Positions 55,515 through 64,000 of a stretch of 64,000 nucleotides of DNA are shown in pieces. Each line of letters begins with the position of its first letter. Within the stretch, counting starts at the first letter, position 1. A program made the translations under genes and the position numbers. Under the pieces are notes generated by a model. That model saw only the letters and a list, made by a program, of their open reading frames with translations, was not told the DNA's origin and did no database searches. Source of the DNA: Nannocystales bacterium (GTDB lineage Bacteria; Myxococcota_A; Polyangia; Nannocystales; Nannocystaceae); contig JBOEGF010000014.1 of the NCBI GenBank assembly GCA_050633305.1, positions 206,879 through 270,878 on the forward strand, written 5' to 3'.

Positions 55515-55540
55515 ATTTGGTTGGTGCGCTTCGGGCCTGC

Positions 55541-57292
55541 CTACCGACGAACGACGATCGTCGTCCCCGGGCTGCCTTTGTGCGCGTGTACGCCATGCCA
55601 GCCTTCCGGGAGTCCGGGGGACGTCCAGTCGAAGAGCCACTTGGCATCGGCGGGGCCCAAGTTCACGCACCCATGGCTTCGAACCCGGCCGAAGCCGTCG
55701 TGCCAGAAGGCCCCGTGCAGCGCGATGCTGTCGTTGAAGTACATCGTCCAAGGGACGTCTTGGATCGAGTAGTTGCCGTCGGTGTCCGACTGGCCATCCA
55801 TCGTCGTCGATACGTGCTTGCTGCGGATCCGCCACTGGCCCGTTGGAGTCTCGAAGGACTCCTCCTTGCTGCCCTTCTTTCCGGTGGACACCAGCGTGAT
55901 GAACTTGGGCTCGGGACCTTGGTAGGCGACGAGAATCTGCTTGTCGAGACTGACGTCGACCCAGCGATCGTAGGGCTCGAGCCCCTCGGGCATCGGCTGC
56001 GGTTGTGCGAACCGGATCACGGCCTTGCGGATCAGGCTGCCGTCGGTCGTCATCATGTACGTCTTGCCGCCGTGCTCGACCTCCTCTTGCAGGTCGACGA
56101 ACGTCTTGTTCGCAAGCGTTTCCTTGGGGATGAGCCGCCCTTCGGTATCGAACTCGAAGCGCTTCGCGCCCTTGGAGGTCATCACGAAGCCCATCGGGAA
56201 TCCGGTGCCATCGGGCAGGGCGGTCCCTTCGAACCCCTTCGTGTCGTAGACGTACGCGGCACTGGCTTCCACAAAACCACCGCGTGCGGTCTTCCAGTAG
56301 TGGATGCCGTCGACTTCGACCTTCTCACCGATCGCGAGGAAGAAGCCGCGTTCGAGCCACGGAGTCTCGCGGTTGAGCGGGAGCTTGACCTCCGGTTCTG
56401 GCTCCGGCGGGGGTGCAGGGGGGTCGACTTTTGCGATGACCGTCGCTGGAGTTGTCGGCTCGGGCGTGCTTCCGTCGGGCTTGGGTAGCGCGGCGAGACC
56501 TTCTTTCTTCGGCGGCTCGGCTGCGGCGGGTTTGGCCGGGGGAGTTGCGGGCTTGGCTACCGCTGCACCCGGCGTGGGCACGGCCTCGCCCTTTCGAGCT
56601 CGCTCGAGCTCGGCACGCTTCTTCGTCGCGGCCTTCCGTTCTTCGGCGGTGGGTGGACGCCAGTACATCGGCGAGTTCCACTGCTTGACGTATGCGTAGC
56701 GGTACGGGAGCGCGGAGTCTTTGTCCGGTGCTGTCGCAGGGGTACCCAAGCGCGGCTCTCGCTTCGAGTCGACGACGAGACCTTTGCCGAAGCAGGCGTA
56801 GCCGCCCTGGGGAAGCTGGTGCCACGACTTGCGACAACCGCGTCCCTCGACTTTGGGGGAGACCATCATCCGCGTGCCGACCCGGAGGTATCCCAGGGAG
56901 TGGGCGTCCGTGTCCGGACGGTCATAGACCGCGACAACTTCGTAGCCCGCCAAGCCATGCACGGTCAGCTCCGACGGATCGGGAACGCCGTCGGAGGGGG
57001 CAATCACGCCGTATCCGGGCGGGGGTGCGGGGAGGTGCTCGGGTGCTTCGGGACTGAGCGCGATGCGGGGGTCGGGCACGGGTGCCGGCGGTGCGGCAGG
57101 CGCGGCCTCGACGGCAGGCGCGGGGCGTGTCGCTTCGACGACCCGGGAGGGAGGGGGCGTGGGCGCGGGATCGACTCCGGCGACGAGGCCATCCTCGGGC
57201 TGGGACATCCCGGTCGTCGGCGCCTCGGCTTGGCCCTGCCGATCGCAGGCTCCGAGCAACAGGAGGACGGCCAGGACCGATGTGTGCCGCAT
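55541..57292 (-). CDS. L,D-transpeptidase (YkuD domain) lipoprotein
   Basis: Lipobox LGAC, VSTGK, TPTG, IALHGAFWHDGFG...SHGCVNL. Confidence 0.92.
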   Translation of the reverse strand: MRHTSVLAVLLLLGACDRQGQAEAPTTGMSQPEDGLVAGVDPAPTPPPSRVVEATRPAPAVEAAPAAPPAPVPDPRIALSPEAPEHLPAPPPGYGVIAPSDGVPDPSELTVHGLAGYEVVAVYDRPDTDAHSLGYLRVGTRMMVSPKVEGRGCRKSWHQLPQGGYACFGKGLVVDSKREPRLGTPATAPDKDSALPYRYAYVKQWNSPMYWRPPTAEERKAATKKRAELERARKGEAVPTPGAAVAKPATPPAKPAAAEPPKKEGLAALPKPDGSTPEPTTPATVIAKVDPPAPPPEPEPEVKLPLNRETPWLERGFFLAIGEKVEVDGIHYWKTARGGFVEASAAYVYDTKGFEGTALPDGTGFPMGFVMTSKGAKRFEFDTEGRLIPKETLANKTFVDLQEEVEHGGKTYMMTTDGSLIRKAVIRFAQPQPMPEGLEPYDRWVDVSLDKQILVAYQGPEPKFITLVSTGKKGSKEESFETPTGQWRIRSKHVSTTMDGQSDTDGNYSIQDVPWTMYFNDSIALHGAFWHDGFGRVRSHGCVNLGPADAKWLFDWTSPGLPEGWHGVHAHKGSPGTTIVVRR

Positions 57293-57362
57293 GGTTCCGG
57301 CCTAGCAGGAAGCCGACCGTCAACGCGAATTCTTGGCAGATCCCGAACCCAGCTGGGTTGCG

Positions 57363-57905
57363 TCAGGCTTGCCCAGCAACGTCGGCAAACCAGTTGTCGA
57401 CGGTTGGCTCGACGCCTGCCGCGTTGAGTCGGTCGATGGCTTCCTTCATCTCTTCGATCTTCTTCTCCTCGGCGTCGAGCAGAATGAAGACCGGGTAGCT
57501 GTCCGTCTTCGCATACCAGCGCTTCCGAAGCGCGTTGAACTCGTTCATCCGCGACGCGCCCATCCAGTCCTCTTCTTTGAGCTCCAGAACCCGGAATTTT
57601 CCGATCTTGGAGGCTGGGTGGACGTTGCCAAGCTCCAGCTCGAGGTGGCGGCATGGCTCACACCACGCGGCCGAGAACAAGACGGCGACTTGCTTTCCGT
57701 CGTCGTTGGCTTGCTGCGAGAGGCGCCCGAACATCTCGTCGAGGGTTTCGCCATCCCGGGGTCGCAAGCGACGGATGTCGTAGCCCACCTCAGCGTCCGC
57801 CTTGGGCTTGGCTTGGGCCGACGACTTCGCTTCGCTCGCCGTCGCGCCGCCATCGCCGTCGCACGCAAAGAAAAGCAGGCAGAACGCGGCAGCCCAACGA
57901 GTCAT
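57363..57905 (-). CDS. Thioredoxin-fold lipoprotein
   Basis: Lipobox FFAC, FSAAWCEPC, cis-Pro loop SYPVF. Confidence 0.8.
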   Translation of the reverse strand: MTRWAAAFCLLFFACDGDGGATASEAKSSAQAKPKADAEVGYDIRRLRPRDGETLDEMFGRLSQQANDDGKQVAVLFSAAWCEPCRHLELELGNVHPASKIGKFRVLELKEEDWMGASRMNEFNALRKRWYAKTDSYPVFILLDAEEKKIEEMKEAIDRLNAAGVEPTVDNWFADVAGQA

Positions 57906-57913
57906 GCGAGACG

Positions 57914-58945
57914 TTAAACGTCTGAGACCGCGGTCGGGTCAAGCTCGCCGGCGAGGTCCTCGCCCACCATGCGTCGCACAGCGTCGGGCGCGTGTCCCGC
58001 CGCGAACAGGCAGTAAAGCTTGGTCAGGGCAGCCTCGGGTGTCATGTCGACCCCACTGACCACCCCAGAGTCGGCGAGAGCGCGCGAGCTCGCGTAGGTG
58101 GCCTGGTCGACGACGCCGCCGTGGCACTGGCTCACGTTGACGACGACGGTCGGCTTGGTCGCCGAGGTTGCTCGGCGGATCGACTCGAGCAACGCGCCGC
58201 CTCGATGCGGGAAGGTTCCCGCGCCGTAGGTCTCGAGGACGACGCCGTCCGCTCCTTCGAGCACCGTGTCGAGCAAGACCCGGCTCAACCCGGGAAACAC
58301 CCGGAGCGCGACGACTTGCGGGGCGCGTTCGAACTTCAGCGAGATCGGCAGGCCGCCGCCCGGTTTCCGGATGAGATGGTCCGCCACTTTGATGCGGGCG
58401 CCCACGGTTGCCAGCGGCCGCAGGTTGCCCGAGTCGAAGGCGACGAAGTCGGTGTTGTGAACCTTCTGTGCCCGGTTGCCTCGCAAGAGTCGGTCCGCAA
58501 AGTAGATGCAGACCTCGGGGATCTTGGTGGTGCCCGCAAGAATGATCGACGTGACGATGTGCTCGCGACCGTCGGTCCGCACATGTTCGAGGCTGAGTTG
58601 TGCCCCGGTGAGGATCACGGGCTTGCGGAGCCCTTGCAGCAGGAAGCTGAGCGCGGACGCGGTGTGCGTCATCGTGTCGGTGCCGTGCAACACGACGAAA
58701 CCGTCGAACTCTGCATCCCGGGCGACGATCGCCTTGGCGATGCGGAGCCAGTCTGCGGGCGCCATGTCAGCACTATCGAGGAGCGGCTCGAGGAGCTCGA
58801 CGTGGTGCTTCGGCACATCCGGGCGTTGCAGCTCGGGCATGGAGGCGAGGTAGCGATCCAGAACTTCGCGTTGCGGCACCAGACCATCAGGCGAGGCGGC
58901 CATTCCGATCGTGCCCCCGACGTGGAGAACGCAGACCCGAGACAT
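57914..58945 (-). CDS. ansA: L-asparaginase type I
   Basis: HVGGTIGM, LDSADM, HGTDTM, LTGAQL, RGNRAQK, YGAG, DMTPEAALTKL. Confidence 0.92.
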   Translation of the reverse strand: MSRVCVLHVGGTIGMAASPDGLVPQREVLDRYLASMPELQRPDVPKHHVELLEPLLDSADMAPADWLRIAKAIVARDAEFDGFVVLHGTDTMTHTASALSFLLQGLRKPVILTGAQLSLEHVRTDGREHIVTSIILAGTTKIPEVCIYFADRLLRGNRAQKVHNTDFVAFDSGNLRPLATVGARIKVADHLIRKPGGGLPISLKFERAPQVVALRVFPGLSRVLLDTVLEGADGVVLETYGAGTFPHRGGALLESIRRATSATKPTVVVNVSQCHGGVVDQATYASSRALADSGVVSGVDMTPEAALTKLYCLFAAGHAPDAVRRMVGEDLAGELDPTAVSDV

Positions 58946-58991
58946 GGGCGCACGGTAACAGGGCCGCGGAAAACCGCGTAGGCTCGTCGGT

Positions 58992-59864
58992 ATGTTCCTG
59001 GTCTCGGGCACGAAGCGCAGTGGAACGTCCATGTGGATGCAGGTCCTGCGGAGCGCGGGCGTTCCGGTGCTCGGATCCGCATTCCCGCGCAACTGGGAGA
59101 AGTCGTCGCTCAAGGACGCCAACCCCGACGGCTTCTACGAGAGCATCCTTCGTCAGGGGATCTACTTTCGGACCAATCCTCACCCCACCACCGGCGCGTA
59201 CTTCATGCCCGACGACGTGCAGGGGTTTGCGGTGAAGGTCTTCGTGCCCGGAGTCGTCCGGAGCGAGCGCGCGTACATCGACCTGGTGGTCGCCAATGTT
59301 CGCAAGTGGCGGGAGTACGAGGCCTCGATCAACCGCCTGTACGCGCTCGAGGACCAGGACCGCGTCGCCAAGAACCCCGATGCTGCTCAGCCTTTCCACT
59401 TCCCCCCCGCGTTCGAGTGGTGGATGGAGAACTTCGCGCTGGTGCGAGACATCAGCTTGCGCGGGTACGCGTACCAGCTGCAGACGTATGACGAGGTGCT
59501 CTCCGACCCCGCCCAGGTCATTCCCGAGGTGCTCGGACGGATGGGGATCGCCGATGCAAACATCGAGGCAGCGGTCGCAGCGGTCAAACCTGACAACCGC
59601 ACGCAAGATGAAGACGCGACGCCGCTCAAGTCTGGGAGTGTTCCCGATGATCTGGCCGCAGTGTTCGACGAGCTGTACGAGGTTGTTCGAGATCGCCGAC
59701 CGGTGAGCGGCGACTTCCTGCGGCGGCTCAACGACACCAACCGCCAGCTGCTGCCCAAGCTCGGTGAGTTGCAGACCAAGGTGGTGCAATCCATGTCGAA
59801 GATTCAGCGAGAAACGGGCAGCAAGCCGAGACCGATGGGCATCGAAGGGCTTCCCAAGTCCTGA
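58992..59864 (+). CDS. Sulfotransferase-like P-loop protein (paralog B)
   Basis: VSGTKRSGTSMWMQ. Long blocks are identical to 19405-20259. Confidence 0.7.
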   Translation: MFLVSGTKRSGTSMWMQVLRSAGVPVLGSAFPRNWEKSSLKDANPDGFYESILRQGIYFRTNPHPTTGAYFMPDDVQGFAVKVFVPGVVRSERAYIDLVVANVRKWREYEASINRLYALEDQDRVAKNPDAAQPFHFPPAFEWWMENFALVRDISLRGYAYQLQTYDEVLSDPAQVIPEVLGRMGIADANIEAAVAAVKPDNRTQDEDATPLKSGSVPDDLAAVFDELYEVVRDRRPVSGDFLRRLNDTNRQLLPKLGELQTKVVQSMSKIQRETGSKPRPMGIEGLPKS

Positions 59865-59937
59865 AATCGGCGTCTATTCGGGGATCTGTGTGGGTGGCAC
59901 CAGGTGTAACCCAGCCTGCTACGATACCCAGCACCGG

Positions 59938-61617
59938 ATGGAAGACGCCGTCATCGCTCGCGCTCACGAACTCACGGGCAACGTGCTCGGGGGTCGGTAT
60001 GAGGTGCTCGGCAAGCTTGGCGTCGGCGGCATGGCCTCTGTCTACGAAGGCAGGCGTGTTGGACTCCACAACAGGGTCGCGATCAAGGTGCTCCGCGCCG
60101 ACCTCTGCGAGGACCCCAGCAACGTCAAGCGGTTCTTGAGAGAAGCACGGGCCTCCTCCGTCATCGAACACGAGAACATCGTCGACATCGTCGACTTTGG
60201 CCCGACCGATACGCTGCCGGTCTACTTCGTCATGGAGTTCCTCGAGGGACTCGATCTCCGCCAAGAGCTCAAGTCGATTGGGCGCATGGGCTGGAGCCGT
60301 GCTCGAAGGATCCTCCTTCAGGTGGTCGGCGCACTGGGTGCTGCTCACGACAAAGCCATCGTCCATCGCGATGTGAAGCCGGCAAACATCTTCCTCATCC
60401 GGCGGCAGAGTGGAGAAGAGGTCGCAAAGGTCCTGGACTTTGGTATCGCCAAGGTCGTCGAGGAGCAGCTCGGTGGTCTCACGCAAGCCAACACGATGAC
60501 CAACGGCCTGCTTGGCACGGTCTCCTATATGGCGCCGGAGCAAGCGCGTGGCGGTACGATCGACGCGCGGACCGATATCTACGCCGCGGGTGTTGTCGCC
60601 TATAAGATGCTGACCGGTGAGGCGCCGTTCAAGGGGAACAACCCCTACGTCGTCCTCGAACAGCACGTCTCCGAGCCGCCCGTACCACCTCGAAAGCTGG
60701 TGCCGGACATCCCTCCCGAAGCCGAGGCGATCGTGTTGCGGTGCTTGGAGAAGGCGCCGGAGAAACGCTTTCAGTCGATGCACGAGCTGGCTGAGGCTCT
60801 CGCGCATGGGAGCACGCTCGAGTACGGCAAGGGCACCAACTCTCCGCAAGCGCCCGGTTGGAACGCGCCGCACCCCGCAGCCATCGAGGCCTCCGCGGCT
60901 CCGCCACAGCACCACGCGACGGAGTCTCTCGGAAGCGGATCAAGCCCGCGGCGACAGGCGCTGGTGTCCTCGTCGTTCCCCGCGGTCGGTTCCACTCAAG
61001 TCGTCGACCCTGCTCCCGTACCGCTGGGCCATCGTGGACATGGGCCCGAGAACACCGTGCCTTCGGCCCCGCGCCACACGGTGCAGGCGACGGGCGAAAC
61101 ACTCGAAGGCCAACGCCGTCGCAGCCCACTCATGCTTCCTGTGCTGCTCGGTCTCGGCGTGGGTCTGGGACTCCTGGTGTCGTTTGGGATCGTGTTCTTG
61201 CTCGAACCGACGGAGGGGACGACCGACGCAGCAGTGCCCTCAGCCCCGGTAGAAGCTCCGATTGACGTCGCTACGCTGCCCCCCGAGCCGCCCACGGAAA
61301 AGCCGGAGGTTGTCGTGGCTGAGCCCAAGCCGGTCCCTGTTCCGGAGGAGCCGCCAGCAGTCGTGGCGGTGGAGACCCCAGACCCCGAGGTCGAACCGGA
61401 GCCGACGGCGAAACCTCGGAAACCTCGGAAGCCGCGAAAGCCCAAGTCGGACGCAACGCCGACGAGCGCGCCAAGCCCAAAGCGAGATCCGAAGCCGGAT
61501 CCAAAGCGAGATCCAAGGCCGGATCCAAAGCCAGCTTCAACTTCGAAACCAGCGTCGCCGGCTCCAACACCAGATTCGAAGTCGCTCCACCCCGACCTGC
61601 GGAACCCCTACGGCTGA
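59938..61617 (+). CDS. Membrane Ser/Thr protein kinase
   Basis: LGVGGMA, VAIK, VHRDVKPAN, DFGIAK, YMAPEQ, a TM helix and a Pro/Lys-rich tail with 24-bp repeats (61477-61524). Start taken at ATG 59938. Confidence 0.95.
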   Translation: MEDAVIARAHELTGNVLGGRYEVLGKLGVGGMASVYEGRRVGLHNRVAIKVLRADLCEDPSNVKRFLREARASSVIEHENIVDIVDFGPTDTLPVYFVMEFLEGLDLRQELKSIGRMGWSRARRILLQVVGALGAAHDKAIVHRDVKPANIFLIRRQSGEEVAKVLDFGIAKVVEEQLGGLTQANTMTNGLLGTVSYMAPEQARGGTIDARTDIYAAGVVAYKMLTGEAPFKGNNPYVVLEQHVSEPPVPPRKLVPDIPPEAEAIVLRCLEKAPEKRFQSMHELAEALAHGSTLEYGKGTNSPQAPGWNAPHPAAIEASAAPPQHHATESLGSGSSPRRQALVSSSFPAVGSTQVVDPAPVPLGHRGHGPENTVPSAPRHTVQATGETLEGQRRRSPLMLPVLLGLGVGLGLLVSFGIVFLLEPTEGTTDAAVPSAPVEAPIDVATLPPEPPTEKPEVVVAEPKPVPVPEEPPAVVAVETPDPEVEPEPTAKPRKPRKPRKPKSDATPTSAPSPKRDPKPDPKRDPRPDPKPASTSKPASPAPTPDSKSLHPDLRNPYG

Positions 61618-62159
61618 CGGCCCCAGCGTCGGGCCTCGATCGAGTCCAGCGCAAAGTCGGCTTCGATCGCGATCTCAACGTCGATGCGGTCTTGGATCTT
61701 GAGCGCACCGGCGAGCCCGCGGTACGGCTTGATCCCCCAACGCGTCGGCTCGATCGTCAGTTTCGCCACGAAACGGTCCGCCATCGGGATGATCTGAATT
61801 GGGTCGAGCGCGCGACGGCGGCCGAGCAAGGTCAGTGAACCTCGAAGCTCGCCCGTGTCTCCGCGCGGCTCGAGATTCGCCTCGAACACCGCCTCGGGGA
61901 ACTTGTCGGCACGCAGGATTTCACCGTGGACCGTCTTCTCGATCTTGGACTTGTCCTTTGAGGACAGACCTTCGGGGTCGAGGGCCCCGTTCTTCATCGC
62001 ACCATCGACACGGATCGATGCGGTCTTGAACCGACCGACGAGCGTCCCCGTTTCGAGCGTCATCTCAAACGCATCGACGGACAGGCGCAGGTCGTGGCCG
62101 AGCCTCGACAGCAGCCCTTCCTTGAACACGAACAGCCGCAGGCAAGGCAACTCGCTCAT
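61608..62159 (-). CDS. YceI-like family protein
   Basis: KEGLLSRLGHDL, ILRADKFP, GSLTL, WGIKPY...GALKIQD. Confidence 0.75.
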   Translation of the reverse strand: MSELPCLRLFVFKEGLLSRLGHDLRLSVDAFEMTLETGTLVGRFKTASIRVDGAMKNGALDPEGLSSKDKSKIEKTVHGEILRADKFPEAVFEANLEPRGDTGELRGSLTLLGRRRALDPIQIIPMADRFVAKLTIEPTRWGIKPYRGLAGALKIQDRIDVEIAIEADFALDSIEARRWGRQP

Positions 62160-62208
62160 CTGGAAATATCATCGGCCACACGGCGCCGAATCCGGAGAAA
62201 ATGATGGG

Positions 62209-62757
62209 TCAAACTTCCGGTGTCACCGCGAGGCACCAAGGACCGACCTTAATCGAGACGCTTTCTCGACCCACTGTATCGACAAGCGACAGTACTCCGG
62301 CGCAGGAGTTCAGGTGCTCGGCGGGCGGGGGCGCGACTTCGTCCGTTCGCGTGAGTTCCAACCGTCGATCGGTCGGAACACTCGACAGGCGGACGACGGC
62401 TGCGAGCTCTGCAGTCGGCTTCAAATCGACCACTGCCCACAACACCGTGCGCCCATGCCCCATCGAGACCAGTGCATCCATGCCGGACATTGGGAGCGTC
62501 TGAGCCCCTGCGACGATGAACTCGAGCCCGCAGTCGGGCCAGCGCTGCTTCAACTCGAGCGCAGTCTGTTCGGGGGACGCCTCCGGCGGGGTCGACGTAC
62601 CGAGGATGACAAGGACCTCTCGGCTCGGTGGAAGGACCCGCTCCACGATCGAAGCACATGTTCGCGAGAACCGCGAGAGTGATCCCAATCCGTCCTCTGC
62701 AGACAGGGCCCCGTGCTCCGGTGTCCACACGGACGCATCCGCGATCCAGGCTTTCAT
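62209..62757 (-). CDS. Hypothetical protein, weakly similar to a ketosynthase chain-length factor
   Basis: ATGA-coupled. W(T/A)P N-terminus, LSRFSR, IVAGAQTL...DALV...VLWAVVD. Confidence 0.5.
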   Translation of the reverse strand: MKAWIADASVWTPEHGALSAEDGLGSLSRFSRTCASIVERVLPPSREVLVILGTSTPPEASPEQTALELKQRWPDCGLEFIVAGAQTLPMSGMDALVSMGHGRTVLWAVVDLKPTAELAAVVRLSSVPTDRRLELTRTDEVAPPPAEHLNSCAGVLSLVDTVGRESVSIKVGPWCLAVTPEV

Positions 62758-63311
62758 GAGCGAAGCTCCATCTGCCACGTCCCTTGGGGTGCTTGCACGC
62801 ATACGCGTTCCGGATCCGTTCCCCCGGGTGCGCATCGCAGCCCCAACTCGATGACCGCCGCACCCACGACGACCGCGGTGATCAAGGAGCGCGCATCGAC
62901 GTCGAGGGCCAGGTCGCAACGGGGCACGCTGCCTGGGCTCAATCCGACCGGACCATCCCCGGTCCGCTCCACTAGAAACTCAGCCCCAGGCGATCGGACC
63001 CACACCGCGTCTGCAACACCGCGCTCGACAAGCGCCCACGCGGAACGAAGTGTTCCCGCGTCCGCGTCCGGCCCCAGCTTGGCGTAGCTGAACCCGACCG
63101 CTGAATCCGGCGGCGCGCAGCCCCATGACGCCCCCGCGTTGAGGCAGCCGACGCGGGCGAGACCCCACCGGCTCCTCGCCTTGTCCAACGCGTTCGCGAG
63201 TCCTGTGTCGGACCCGAGGCGGTTGCTGAACTGCCCATCGAGCGATGCCCACCCCGAGACATCGCCCGTTCCTGCATATGCCCAACCGCTGATCGGACGC
63301 AGGGCCATCAC
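62754..63311 (-). CDS. Hypothetical protein, weakly similar to a truncated beta-ketoacyl synthase
   Basis: ARSRWGLARVG and SAWALVERGVADAVWV echo KS N-domain motifs. No catalytic Cys motif. Start is GTG 63311 or ATG 63308. Confidence 0.5.
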   Translation of the reverse strand: MMALRPISGWAYAGTGDVSGWASLDGQFSNRLGSDTGLANALDKARSRWGLARVGCLNAGASWGCAPPDSAVGFSYAKLGPDADAGTLRSAWALVERGVADAVWVRSPGAEFLVERTGDGPVGLSPGSVPRCDLALDVDARSLITAVVVGAAVIELGLRCAPGGTDPERVCVQAPQGTWQMELRS

Positions 63312-63317
63312 AGACCT

Positions 63318-64000
63318 CTATCGGCGGCGCGTCGACCGCTTCGCGGCCTTCTTCTTTGCGGGAGTCTTCTTGGAGACCTTCTTGGCCGGAGCCTTCTTAG
63401 CGGTGGTCTTCTTGGCAGTGGCCTTTTTAGAGACCTTCTTAGCGGCGGTCTTCTTGGAGACCTTCTTAGCCGGGGCCCTTTTGGAGACCTTCTTAGCCGG
63501 GGCCCTTTTGGAGATCTTCTTAGCGGAGGTCTTCTTGGAGACCTTCCTAGCCGGGGCCTTTTTGGAGACCTTCTTAGCGAGGGTCTTCTTGGAGACCTTC
63601 TTAGCCGGGGCCTTTTTGGAGACCTTTTTAGCGGGGGTCTTCTTGGAGACTTTCTTAGCCGGAGCCTTTTTGGCCGGGGCTTTTGCCGCGGTAGCCTTTT
63701 TGGAGACCTTCTTAGCCGGAGCTTTCTTAGCGGTGGTCTTCTTGGAGACCTTCTTAGCCGGAGCTTTCTTAGCGGAGGTCTTCTTGGCGACCTTCTTAGC
63801 CGGAGCTTTCTTAGCGGAGGTCTTCTTGGAGACCTTCTTAGCCGGAGCTTTCTTAGCGGTGGTCTTCTTGGAGACCTTCTTAGCTGGAGCTTTCTTAGCG
63901 GTGGTCTTCTTGGAGACCTTCTTGGCGGGGGCGACCTTCTTGGCGGGGGCGACCTTCTTAGCGGGGGCGACCTTCTTAGCGGGGGCGACCTTCTTGGCGG
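63318..64000 (-). CDS. Histone H1-like Lys/Ala/Pro-rich protein, C-terminal part (start outside the window)
   Basis: Open frame of (AKKVAP)n and ([14 protein letters not shown])n ending [15 protein letters not shown] (63320-63318). Missing from the ORF track because no start codon is in the window. Confidence 0.85.
   Translation of the reverse strand, partial: AKKVAPAKKVAPAKKVAPAKKVAPAKKVSKKTTAKKAPAKKVSKKTTAKKAPAKKVSKKTSAKKAPAKKVAKKTSAKKAPAKKVSKKTTAKKAPAKKVSKKATAAKAPAKKAPAKKVSKKTPAKKVSKKAPAKKVSKKTLAKKVSKKAPARKVSKKTSAKKISKRAPAKKVSKRAPAKKVSKKTAAKKVSKKATAKKTTAKKAPAKKVSKKTPAKKKAAKRSTRRR

Noticed and set aside
63318..64000. Possible CRISPR or non-coding tandem repeat array
   Set aside because: Unit lengths are multiples of 3, there are no unique spacers or cas genes, and the region reads as an open Lys-rich frame on the minus strand.
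1..64000. tRNA, rRNA, IS/transposase, integrase or prophage genes
   Set aside because: No such motifs or structures were recognised by eye, and composition looks uniform. A tRNAscan/Rfam/ISEScan run would be needed to exclude them formally.

Overview
High-GC bacterial chromosomal DNA, densely coding on both strands. Gene content points to a myxobacterium, probably Nannocystaceae-like (inference): many Thr/Gly/Asp-stalked Cys-rich lipoproteins, three Hanks-type Ser/Thr kinases, an ECF sigma factor, RCC1-repeat lipoproteins and an MbnP/MbnH pair. Ordinary genes include fabH, a MATE transporter, an NtrC-type regulator, a SolA-like oxidase, an RlmN-family methyltransferase, a folB fusion, an L,D-transpeptidase, ansA and YceI. 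I found no rRNA, tRNA, CRISPR array or mobile element. The best candidate for an undescribed system is at 44408-46941: five translationally coupled (ATGA-overlap) paralogous lipoproteins. Each has a conserved (L)SDEMPEDLPAG-type motif and a conserved 10-Cys domain, and the array abuts a TPR Ser/Thr kinase and ECF sigma pair. Other notable items: a coupled pair of HSP90-like GHKL proteins, one intact and one catalytically degenerate (23689-29015); an orphan EGSCGG-repeat peptide resembling MNIO/DUF692 precursors, near the MbnPH genes; a miniaturised ketosynthase/chain-length-factor-like pair; a type I secretion ABC protein with degenerate ATPase motifs; and a recurrent TAnnnT-N5-7-start-codon signature suggesting widespread leaderless transcription. 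All family assignments come from motif recognition by eye; no database searches were run.
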